A program made the translations under genes and the position numbers. A stretch of 64,000 nucleotides of DNA from a bacterium. GTDB lineage: Bacteria > UBA8248 > JACPRG01 > G963555815. The DNA lies in the NCBI GenBank assembly GCA_965261595.1, contig CBDHDG010000006.1:1312001-1376000 (forward strand), given 5' to 3'. The notes beneath the pieces were generated by a model. The model had not been told where the DNA came from and did no database searches. It worked only from the letters and a program-made list of their open reading frames with translations. Positions 8,585-18,400 of the stretch are shown here, in pieces. The first letter of the stretch is position 1. Each line of letters opens with the position of its first letter.

Positions 8585-9432
8585 GCGCCGACGTCATGCG
8601 CCGCCGGTCTCCGGCCGATCCGGGCCGCATCCCGCACATTCCCTTGCCGCCGGAATGCCGGGAGATGATCCGGCGCGGCGCGCTCTTCGCCCTGAACCAC
8701 AGCGGCGGCAAGGACAGCCAGGCGATGACGATCCTTCTCGCCCGGATCGTCCCCCGGCAAAACCTTCTGGCGGTTCACGCCCCGCTCGGCGAGGTGGAAT
8801 GGCCTGGCACCATCGAGCACATCGAGGCAACGATCCCGGGCGGCGTGCCCCTCGTTTTCGCGCCCGTCGCTTCCGGCAAGACGCTTCTCGACAGGATCGA
8901 GGAACGGGGCCGGTTCCCCTCGGCGTCCGTTCGCTGGTGCACTTCCGATTTCAAGAGATCGCCCATCGAACGCGAGCTACGGCGTTATCTCAAGGCCCAT
9001 CCCCGCTTCGGCAGATGCGTCGTGAACTGCATGGGGCATCGCGCCGACGAAAGCGCCGCCCGCGCCGTGCGGGCCGCCTGGAGACGCAACGCCCGCAACA
9101 GCAAGGCGGGCCGGGAGTGGGTGGACTGGCTTCCGGTCCATGCCCTCTCGACCGCCGACGTGTTCCGGGTCATCCGCGACGCCGGCCAGTCGCCGCACTG
9201 GGCCTATGCGGCCGGCATGACGCGGCTCTCTTGCAGCTTCTGCATCCTCGCGTCCCGCCAAGACTTCCGCACCGCGGCGCGGCTCCGTCCGGCGCTTTAT
9301 CGCCGCTACGCCGCGCTCGAGCGGCGCATCGGCCACACGCTGTCGCCGTCGCGAATCCCCCTGCCCGAACTGACGGGCGTGCCGGCCGAGGCCGGGCAAA
9401 CCCCCTTCGAAGGAGTCCCGCATGTCCCTTGA
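8581..9432 (+). CDS. PAPS reductase family protein
   Basis: PP-loop SGGKDS, RWCTSDFKR, GHRADESAAR, RLSCSFC. Confidence 0.92.
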   Translation: MSADVMRRRSPADPGRIPHIPLPPECREMIRRGALFALNHSGGKDSQAMTILLARIVPRQNLLAVHAPLGEVEWPGTIEHIEATIPGGVPLVFAPVASGKTLLDRIEERGRFPSASVRWCTSDFKRSPIERELRRYLKAHPRFGRCVVNCMGHRADESAARAVRAAWRRNARNSKAGREWVDWLPVHALSTADVFRVIRDAGQSPHWAYAAGMTRLSCSFCILASRQDFRTAARLRPALYRRYAALERRIGHTLSPSRIPLPELTGVPAEAGQTPFEGVPHVP

Positions 9433-9922
9433 TACCGCCGTGACCGTGCGCGCCGCCCGCATCCTGATCGAACGCGATCCGGGTCCCGGTGACCGGCTCG
9501 ACGCCTTTCTGTTGCTCACCGGCCAGGAGTATCTGTGGCGTCGGGACCGCCCCGGCTCCGACTTCGGCGAGGCGGTCCGCATGTACGAGGCCGCGGCCGG
9601 CCGGCGCATCCCGAGGCCCGCGTCGCTCCCCTTCTTCGGCGCGGTCAAGCGGCGGCGCATCGAGCGTCGCCGGGAAGTCGCCGTCTGGCTCGCGGGCCGC
9701 TTCCTCGACTGGCTGTACAGCCCCGATGGCCGGGGCCGCGCTTCCGACACGGACTGGCGTCCGGGCCCCAGCCTGTCGATTGGCCTGGGGCTGCCGTACG
9801 AAACGGCCCTGAAGGAGCCTCCTCGTTCGCTTCCCCATGCCGAGCGTCGCGTGACCGAGCTCGCCCTCGCGAACGTCGTCGACCCCGGCGTTGAGGGTGT
9901 CGCCCGTGAGCCGCACGGTTGA
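9422..9922 (+). CDS. Hypothetical protein
   Basis: AAGGAG RBS, overlaps previous stop, high-GC3 codons. Confidence 0.65.
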   Translation: MSLDTAVTVRAARILIERDPGPGDRLDAFLLLTGQEYLWRRDRPGSDFGEAVRMYEAAAGRRIPRPASLPFFGAVKRRRIERRREVAVWLAGRFLDWLYSPDGRGRASDTDWRPGPSLSIGLGLPYETALKEPPRSLPHAERRVTELALANVVDPGVEGVAREPHG

Positions 9923-10106
9923 CGGCACACCGGCGCCGCCACCGCTTCCCCGCCGAGCGACCTGCCGCCCGGCATCCTTCCGCAATCCGCCTCGCGGTCC
10001 CGCGTGCGCGCCCCCGCGAGGCCGAGCCGGGCCGGGACCGGTCGCAGGACGGACGGCCGGAGCGGCCGTTCCCCGCGCCATCCACTTTCATCCATGGGAG
10101 ATACGC

Positions 10107-12425
10107 ATGAACCGCATCGCTTCCACGCCCGAACCCGTCATCCGAACCATCCCGCTGAGCCGGCTGGATCTGGCCCCGGAGAACGTGCGCAAGACCCCGG
10201 CCGATCCGGCTGCGCTGGCCGAGCTTAAGGCCTCCATCGCGGCCCACGGGCTGCTCGAGAACCTCGTCGTCCGGGCCCAAGGCTCAGGCGACCATGGTGC
10301 CGGCCGCTACGCGGTCATCGCCGGCGGCCGCCGTCTCGCCGCCATGAGAGCCCTCGTCAGCGAGGGCGTGCTGGATAAGGACCACCCCGTGCCCTGCCTG
10401 ATTGCCGTCAATGGCGATTGCGGAGAGCTGTCTCTCGCAGAGAACGTGGTCCGCATCGCCATGCACCCGGCCGACCAGGTGATCGCGTTCTACAGGCTCG
10501 CCGAATCCGGCGTGACGATATCCGCGATCGCCGCGCGCTTCGGCATCTCCGAGCGCCTGGTCGAACAGCGCCTGCGGCTGAGCCGTGCGGCCCCGGAACT
10601 GCTCGACGCCTACCGGGCCGAGGAGATCGACCTGGAGACCCTGAAGGTCTTCGCGGTCACGACCGACCACGGCCGCCAGAGGGCGGTCTGGGAGCAGGTG
10701 AAGGATCAGGGCTGCCGGCCCGGGGCCTGGCAGGTGAAGCGCATGCTGACCGAGGACAGCGTGCCGGGAGCCGCCGCCATCGCGCGCTTCGTCGGTATCG
10801 ACGCCTACGAGGCCGCGGGCGGGACCATCACCCGGGACCTCTTCGCACAGGAGGACGACCGCGGGATCTGGTTCGACGATCCCGTGCTCCTGAACAAGCT
10901 CGCCATGCAGAAGCTCCAGGACACGGCGGACGAGCTGGACACCCGCTGGAAGTGGGCCGAGGCGGCGCCGGAGTTGGACTGGAGCGCGACCGCGCGGTTC
11001 GGGCGCATCCGGCCCGAGCCCGCGGAGCCGACCGACGAGGAGCGGGCCGAGCTCCAGCGGCTGAGCGCCCGCCACGACGAGTTCGCCGACATGGACGACG
11101 AGGACTGGACCGGGGATCTCATAGAAGAGGCCGAAGGCATCGAAACGCGTCTCGATGAGATCCATGCGGCCGTGGATGCGCGGGCCACCTTCCGGCCCGA
11201 GGACATGGCCATGGCCGGGTGCATCGCGACCATCGGCCAGGACGGCGCGCTCCAGGTCATCCAGGGCCTGGTCAGGCCCGAGGACATGCCCAAAAAGGCC
11301 GGCAAGGGCGCAGACGGACTGGAAGCCGACACTGGGGACAGCGGCGCAGCCGAGCTTGGCCGCGTCGATGGCCCCGAGATCTCGGCCCCCATCGCTTCGC
11401 CTCCCGACCCGCGCGCCAAGGCCCGGGAGGAGGCCGGAGTGGGCATCGGCCTCGCCGACGACCTGCGGGCGGTCCGCACGGCCCTGGTCAAGGCGCATCT
11501 GGCCAAGGACTACGAGGCGGCGTTCGATCTCATGCTGTTCCAGCTCGCCCGGGCCGTGTTCACGAACGTCCACCGGGCCGACGCCCTCGACGTCGCCGTC
11601 AAGGAGACCGCCGACCGGCCCGCGTCGCGCATGAACGACGAGGCGTTCGCCGGATGGAGCCCGGGCGAGGCCATGCTCGCGGACCGCTCAGGCCTCTCCC
11701 TCGACTGGATGGAGCAGGAGGACGAGGGCGAGTCCTTCGCGGCCTTGCGGGCCCTTCCCCAGGCGGAGAAGCAGGCCCTGTTCTCAGCAGCGGTGGCGCG
11801 CACGGTCAAGGGCCAGCTCGCCTTCGAGCCGGACGCCCGGCCCGAGTTGGAAGCCACCATCGCCCGGCTCGACATCGACTTCACCGCCCATGTACGACCA
11901 AGCGCGGACATGCTGTGGTCGCGCATTCGCAAGGACCGGATCCTCGCCGTGGCGCGCGAGACCCTGGGCCCTGCCTGGGCCTCGGCGCGCTCGAAGTACA
12001 AGAAGGCCGACCTCGCCAAGGCGATGGAAGGGGCTTTCGCGGCCGGAGACCCGCCCGTCGGACTCACCGCCTCTGCCAGAGCCGCCGCCCTCGCCTGGAC
12101 GCCGCCCGGCTTCGCGCCCTTCGACACGGGCCGCGTGGAGGAGCCGGACAGGGACGTCCCGCCGGCTGGCGAACCCGAACCGGATCCCGCTCCGGTTCCG
12201 GACACCATGGAAGTCGTTGATGACGGCGTCCCCGATACGGTCGGCGGCGATGCGTCGGAAGCCTCGGGTCCCGGTGTGCCGGCAGACAGGGACCCCGGCC
12301 CGGAGACCGCCAATGGCGGCCCCAGCATCGACGTGTCCCAGGAGAACGTCCTCACCCCGCCACGGACCAACGGCCGCGACAGCGGCGACGGACTCGACAT
12401 TCCCGAGTTCCTGCGCCGGGCCTGA
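10107..12425 (+). CDS. ParB/RepB/Spo0J family protein (long plasmid type)
   Basis: ENVRKT, ELKASIAAHGLLENLVV, VIAGGRRL, SLAENVVRIAMHPADQ, HTH. Confidence 0.92.
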   Translation: MNRIASTPEPVIRTIPLSRLDLAPENVRKTPADPAALAELKASIAAHGLLENLVVRAQGSGDHGAGRYAVIAGGRRLAAMRALVSEGVLDKDHPVPCLIAVNGDCGELSLAENVVRIAMHPADQVIAFYRLAESGVTISAIAARFGISERLVEQRLRLSRAAPELLDAYRAEEIDLETLKVFAVTTDHGRQRAVWEQVKDQGCRPGAWQVKRMLTEDSVPGAAAIARFVGIDAYEAAGGTITRDLFAQEDDRGIWFDDPVLLNKLAMQKLQDTADELDTRWKWAEAAPELDWSATARFGRIRPEPAEPTDEERAELQRLSARHDEFADMDDEDWTGDLIEEAEGIETRLDEIHAAVDARATFRPEDMAMAGCIATIGQDGALQVIQGLVRPEDMPKKAGKGADGLEADTGDSGAAELGRVDGPEISAPIASPPDPRAKAREEAGVGIGLADDLRAVRTALVKAHLAKDYEAAFDLMLFQLARAVFTNVHRADALDVAVKETADRPASRMNDEAFAGWSPGEAMLADRSGLSLDWMEQEDEGESFAALRALPQAEKQALFSAAVARTVKGQLAFEPDARPELEATIARLDIDFTAHVRPSADMLWSRIRKDRILAVARETLGPAWASARSKYKKADLAKAMEGAFAAGDPPVGLTASARAAALAWTPPGFAPFDTGRVEEPDRDVPPAGEPEPDPAPVPDTMEVVDDGVPDTVGGDASEASGPGVPADRDPGPETANGGPSIDVSQENVLTPPRTNGRDSGDGLDIPEFLRRA

Positions 12426-12517
12426 ACCGTCCCCGCATTCCCATCCCTCATGCGCCCCGCCGGTCCCGCGCCGGCGGGGCGCTTTTCGTTTCGGCCGCTT
12501 CCACGGAGACTATCGCC

Positions 12518-14266
12518 ATGAACGACATTTCCGGCACGGGGCCCCGGCCCTGGCTTGGCCGCATCCGGGCGAAGATCCATGACAGCGCCCTCCAGCGCGT
12601 CACCCGGCTCTGGGCCGCCACAACCATCGACACCCTCGTGGAGAGTTTCCAGAATGGCAGAAGGGCCGGCGCGACGCGCGTGTCGGTGATCGTTACCGAT
12701 CCCGCCGGTGAGCCATCCGACAACAGCGCCCTGACCGTCACCGTCACCGATGACGGCATCGGCATCGCCGATCCTGCCGTGCTCCTGAGTCTTGGCGAGA
12801 CCGGATGGGACGGGGAGCTTGCCGGCCGAGAGGACGCGGCCGGGATGGGATTCGCCAGCCATGCCCGCCAAGGCTGCCGCATCGTCTCGCGTCCCCGCTC
12901 CGACAGTGGACAACCCGCCCCCGGCTGGCGCGTCGATCTCACGCCCGCGCATTTCCTGGGGGAGGAGGAGGCGACCGTCGTCCCGGAGGACGGCGGGCCT
13001 TGGCCCCACGGCACGGCCGTCAGCTTCACGGCCTCGGGCGACCGCGATTCGATCCGCCGGGCGGTCGAAGCCGCGGCCCGCCATTATCCGCTCCCGGTCA
13101 CACTTGACGGGGAGACCGTGCCCCGCCGGGCCTTTCTCGACGGGGCCGTTGACGCCGAGCCTTGGCGGGGACTCGTCTTCGGCGTGTTCGTGGGCCGCAG
13201 CCGCGGCTGCAGCGAGCCCGACCTCAACTTCCACGGCCTCACCCTGCCGGTGCGCCTGCCCACGGTCGATCCCGTGACCGGCCAGACCTGGTCGGTCCGC
13301 GCCGAGGTTGCGAGCTGTCCCGAACTGGAGCTCGTCCTGCCGGCCCGCAAGGAGGCCGTCGAGACCCCTTTCCTGAACGAGACGCGAGAGGCCGCGCGGC
13401 TCGCCGTCTACCGGGTCATGGCGTCGACCGAGGCGCCGCCGCGCATCGCCTTCGAGGACTGGACCCGGGCGCGGGAAGCCGGGATCGAGCTTCCGATACC
13501 GTCCCCCCAACTGCGTCCCTGGCGTCCCTGCATCGCCGATATCGACGATTGGCGCGAGGCGCCCGCTCTCGCATCCGTATCCAACGACGCGCTCGTGATG
13601 CACGTGGATCCCGAACCGCCCGAATCCCAGGCCCTCTGGCGCGCCGCCGAACATGGCGGGATAGCCCCACGGCTCTTCGAGGCCGACCGCCGGCTTGACG
13701 GCTACGGCTGGTACGACGCGCTTCCCCGCGTCACCGATGTCCGCACCGAGATCGTGACCGGCGGCGAGGCCCGTCCGCTGGAGGACTACCGGACTCCGTC
13801 AGAAGGATCCAGCCCCATCGAGCCGCCTCCACGGCCGGATTGGATCCGCATTTGCCTCGATGTCGAGGGCGTGAACGGCAAGACCAAGACCCTCGATCTC
13901 GACGCCGATCTCGCATTTTCCGGAGAAGCCTGGGTCTGGCTTCCCGATGCGAAGCCGCTGGTCACGGCCGAGAGCGCCCTTGAGCCCGCCGAACTGGCCG
14001 AGCTGCTGCGCGCCGCCTACTTCTCTCCGTCGGATGAAGCGGATTCGGACAGTTGGGAGACCCAGCGCCTGCGCTTCGACGAAGAGGCCATGCACATAGC
14101 CGTGAAGCTCCTTTGCTCGGCGGACGAGGCCCGCCGGACATCCATCGCCGAAGCGGTCAGGCGCGAGCTGTTCTGGCTCATCCCCCGGGACCGCGAGGTC
14201 ACCATTGCCGTGCGCGGGAGGGAGGTCAGCGTCGATCTCGGCGCCGCCAGGGAGACTGCGGGATGA
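12518..14266 (+). CDS. GHKL (HATPase_c) ATP-binding protein
   Basis: ESFQNGRRAGA, VTDDGIGI, EDAAGMG, GTAVSF. Confidence 0.85.
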   Translation: MNDISGTGPRPWLGRIRAKIHDSALQRVTRLWAATTIDTLVESFQNGRRAGATRVSVIVTDPAGEPSDNSALTVTVTDDGIGIADPAVLLSLGETGWDGELAGREDAAGMGFASHARQGCRIVSRPRSDSGQPAPGWRVDLTPAHFLGEEEATVVPEDGGPWPHGTAVSFTASGDRDSIRRAVEAAARHYPLPVTLDGETVPRRAFLDGAVDAEPWRGLVFGVFVGRSRGCSEPDLNFHGLTLPVRLPTVDPVTGQTWSVRAEVASCPELELVLPARKEAVETPFLNETREAARLAVYRVMASTEAPPRIAFEDWTRAREAGIELPIPSPQLRPWRPCIADIDDWREAPALASVSNDALVMHVDPEPPESQALWRAAEHGGIAPRLFEADRRLDGYGWYDALPRVTDVRTEIVTGGEARPLEDYRTPSEGSSPIEPPPRPDWIRICLDVEGVNGKTKTLDLDADLAFSGEAWVWLPDAKPLVTAESALEPAELAELLRAAYFSPSDEADSDSWETQRLRFDEEAMHIAVKLLCSADEARRTSIAEAVRRELFWLIPRDREVTIAVRGREVSVDLGAARETAG

Positions 14267-14742
14267 AGAAGCCATACACGGTCCAGTGCGCCCATGCGGC
14301 CTATTACGGCAACATCGTCACCGTCGAGGCCGACACCCTGGACAAGGCGATCCAGGAAGCCGACGGCGATGCGGACGGCTGGCGTTCCATGGACGATGCC
14401 GGCCCGACCTTCGTCGTCGAAGTCCGCGAGGGAACCCACCTCGATCCCCTGGATCGCGAGACCCCGGCGCTTCCCATCCCCGACCGATTCACCGAGCAGG
14501 GCGAGCCGCCGGTGGTCACCCTGATTGATCCCGGTCAGCCAGGCGGCGGCGCCATCGAGGTTTCCCGGGGCCGGGTTCTGCTTTGCTTCACGACCCGGAA
14601 CGGAACGGTCACGGGCGAGCTTTCCGATCCGCCCCATCCCCCGGCCAACCACCCCCTCGTCGTCATCCGGCGCCGCGCCGACGGCGCGCCCGACGTCACC
14701 GTGACCGAGGGCCGGGCCCGGGTCCGCATCCTCGACCCCTGA
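14263..14742 (+). CDS. Hypothetical protein
   Basis: ATGA overlap with previous gene, GGGAG RBS. Confidence 0.7.
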   Translation: MKKPYTVQCAHAAYYGNIVTVEADTLDKAIQEADGDADGWRSMDDAGPTFVVEVREGTHLDPLDRETPALPIPDRFTEQGEPPVVTLIDPGQPGGGAIEVSRGRVLLCFTTRNGTVTGELSDPPHPPANHPLVVIRRRADGAPDVTVTEGRARVRILDP

Positions 14743-14905
14743 CCCCGGCTTCCCGCCGCCGACCGGACCGCCCGTCCGCGCCGTCCTCCAACCATCGCCC
14801 ACAGTCCGTTTCGTACCGCCCGGAGCCGATTGCCGGCGGTGCGGAGCAACCAAGACGCGGAAGCGGCCTCCGCTTCCGCTCCCTCATCTCCGGGAGACAC
14901 GTTCC

Positions 14906-15295
14906 ATGGAACTCATGACCAAAAAGCAGCGCGAAAAACTGCTCGCCAACGGCGCCGACCGCGGGGCCGACCACGTGCCCGTGGTCAAGCTCTTCAACCC
15001 CTGCGGAGCGGGAACGTGGATCGTCACGGAGCTGGATCCCGAGGATCCCTCCGTGGCTTTCGGACTCGCGGATCTCGGCTTCGGCTTTCCCGAGCTGGGC
15101 AGTTTCAGTCTCGAAGAACTGGAAGCCTTCCGGGGCCCGTTCGGCCTCGGGATCGAGCGTGACCTTCATTTCGAGGGCAAGTACGCGATTTCCACCTATG
15201 CCGAAGCCGCCCGGGCCGCCGGCCATATCGTCGAGTACGGGCCTGAACTCGAGGCCGCCGCGTACCGCCGCACCCACGCGGCAGCCGGCGCCTGA
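14906..15295 (+). CDS. DUF2958 family protein
   Basis: PVVKLFNPCGAGTW..TELDP...FGLADLGFGFPELGSFSLEEL...IERDLHF. Confidence 0.92.
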   Translation: MELMTKKQREKLLANGADRGADHVPVVKLFNPCGAGTWIVTELDPEDPSVAFGLADLGFGFPELGSFSLEELEAFRGPFGLGIERDLHFEGKYAISTYAEAARAAGHIVEYGPELEAAAYRRTHAAAGA

Positions 15296-15453
15296 CCCTG
15301 GCCTCCCGTCGCCAGCCACACCGGGATTCAGCGGCGACGCGCCTTGCGTCTCTATGAGACGAGCCTGGCCCGGCCGGGTCGATCCGTGAGGCCCGGGGGC
15401 GTTTCCCCCCCGCCAGCCCCCGACTTCCAAGACTTCCGAGGAGAAGACCCCCC

Positions 15454-18400
15454 ATGCCCCACGCCCTGACGGCGGCGGAGGGCGAGCGTGCGAGTGCTCG
15501 TCCATACGTCCCCCGGTCCATCCCGTCCATACCCACGGCCGCGCTCTTCACCGCCGCCCAGGCCCTGTGGCCTGTACTGACAGCCGGCCGGCCTCTCGAC
15601 GCGGCCGCCCTTCGTGGGGCCATGACCCAGGCCTTCGGGGCCACCGACGCCGAGGGGGCCTGGGTCTGGAAGGACGCCTACGAGGCCGCCGAAGCGGCCG
15701 TCGTGCTCTTCCTGAAGTGCTACGGCCGGGCCATGCGCCGCCGGGCCGGAGCCGGCGGCCCGCCCGCCATGCTGGCCCTGCTGCAAAAGATCGCGGCCCT
15801 GGAGCCCTCCCACACGAAGCGATCCGAGTCCCAGGTCCGGCTCCAGCAGTTCTCCACGCCCCTGGGCCTCGCCTATGCGGCCTTGCAGGCGGCCGCCATC
15901 CGGCCCGGCGACATCGTGCTCGAACCCAGCGCCGGGACCGGGATCCTCGCCGTCATGGCCGAGTGCGCCCTCGGAACCGGCGGCGAAGGCGCGCTCCATC
16001 TGAACGAGATCGCCGGGACCCGGGCCGGCCTCCTGTCCCGGCTCTTCCCCAAGGCCTCGGTGACCGGGTTCAACGCCGAGGCCATCGCCGACCGTCTCCC
16101 GGACGTCCGGCCGACCGTGGTGCTCATGAACCCGCCGTTCTCCGCGAGTCCGGGGGTGCATCGCATCCGCCATGACGCTGACCTGCGCCACCTTCGCTCG
16201 GCCTTCGCCATGCTGGGGCTTGGGGGCCGGCTCGTGGCCGTCACCTCGGCGGGCTGCATGCCCGGGGACAGGGTCTGGAAGGACGCCTTCGAGCGTCTCG
16301 ATCCCCCGGCCCGCGTCGTCTTCTCCATGGCCATTGACGGCCGGGCCTATGCCAGACGCGGGACCACCTTCGACACCCGCCTGACCGTGCTCGACCGGAG
16401 CGGGGACCGCGAGCATGCCGCCATCGATCCCGCGGCCCGGGCAAACAGCTCCGCCGAGCTCCTCGAAGCCGTCATGGCGGGCGTGCCGGCGCGCCTCGCC
16501 ACTGGCGCTGTCGAGATCCCGGACACAGCCGCTCCGCTCCGGGACCTCTTCGGCGACACGGCCCCGGTCAAGTCAAAAGAGCGCAAGACCACGGCCAAGC
16601 CCGCCCACCGGCCGGCCGAAGACAAGGACCGCCGTCACGACTGGGGGCCTGTGTCCGAGCTCGCGTATGCGACGGCCCCGGTCTCCGTTGATGCCCCCGC
16701 CGGCTCCGAGACCGCTACCGGCCCCTATGCGCCCTGGAAGCCGGGCATTGTCCATGTCCCGGGCGCCGTCGTCCATCCCACGCCCCTGGTCCAGTCCGCG
16801 GCCATGGCCGCCGTACCGCATCCCGGCCCGTCCTACCGCCCGATGCTGCCGGAGCGCGTGGTGACGGACGGCCTGCTCTCCGACGCCCAGATCGAGAGCG
16901 TCGTCCTGGCCGGCGAGGCCCACAACCGCCATCTCTCGGCCCGCTACCGCATCGGCGCCCAATGGGAGACCGTCCACCGCTGCAACGACGATGATGCCGG
17001 GGTCCGTACCGCCGGCGCGACCGAGGACGGCGAGGCGCTCTCCGAGACGGTGCGCTTCCGCCGCGGCTGGATGCTGGGCGACGGCACGGGATGCGGCAAG
17101 GGCAGGCAGGTCGCCGGGATCCTCCTCGACAACCGGCTCCGCGGAAGGAAGCGGGCCCTGTGGCTCTCGCAGTCCGACAAGCTCGTGGAGGACGCCCGCC
17201 GGGACTGGGCCGCCCTCGGGGGGAACGAGGACGATGTGATCCCCTTGGGCAAGTTCCGCCAGGGAGCGGAGATCCCGCTCCCGGAGGGCGTCCTGTTCGC
17301 GACCTACGCCACGCTGCGCTCGCCGGCCCGCCAGGGCAAGGCCTCGAGGCTCGAGCAGATCGTCTCCTGGCTCGCGGGGGGAACGGAACAAGACCAGCGT
17401 CACGCCTTCGACGGCGTGATCGTGTTCGACGAGGCCCACGCCATGGCCAACGCGGCCGGCTCCAAGGGAGCGCGCGGGGAGGTCAAGCCCTCGGCCCAGG
17501 GACGGGCCGGACTCAGGCTTCAGAACGCGCTGCCCGACGCCCGTGTTCTCTACGTCTCGGCCACGGGCGCCAGCACCGTGCCCGGCCTCTCCTACGCCGG
17601 ACGCCTCGGCCTCTGGGGAGCGGAGGAGACGCCCTTCGAGACCCGGGGGGATTTCGTGTCGGCCATGGAGGCTGGAGGCGTCGCCGCCATGGAGGTGGTC
17701 GCCAGGGACTTGAAAGCCCTCGGGCTCTACCAGGCCAGGGCACTGGCCTATGACGGGGTGGAGATCGACATCCTGCAGCACGCGCTTACGCCCGAGCAGC
17801 GGCGCATCTACGACGCCTATGCAGGCGCCTTCAAGGTGATCCACGCCAACCTCCAGGACGCGCTCGAGGCCACCGGCGTCATGCAGGGAGACTCGACGCT
17901 GAACAGGAACGCCAAGTCCGCGGCCCTGAGCGCCTTCGAGGGGGCGAAACAACGCTTTTTCGGCCACCTGCTGACCGGCATGAAGTGCCCGTCCCTGATC
18001 CGCGCCGTCGAGGCCGATCTCGATGCCGGCCGGTCGGCCGTGATCCAGCTTGTCTCCACGGGCGAGGCCCTGATGGAGCGCCGCATCGCCGAGATCCCCG
18101 CGTCCGAATGGGACGACCTCTCCATCGACCTCACGCCGAGGGAATACGTTCTGGACTTCCTGGCCCACGCCTTCCCGGCGCAGCTCCAGGAGCCCTTCAC
18201 CGACGAGGAAGGGTACCTCATGAGCCGGCCCGTGTTCGACACCGACGGCAACCCCGTGCTCTGCCAGGAGGCCCTGGCCAAACGCGAGGCCCTGATCGGG
18301 AAACTGGCCTCCCTTCCGCCCGTGCAGTCGGCCCTGGACCGGATCCTCCACCACTTCGGCCACGAGGCCGTGGCCGAGGTCACGGGCCGGTCCCGCCGGG

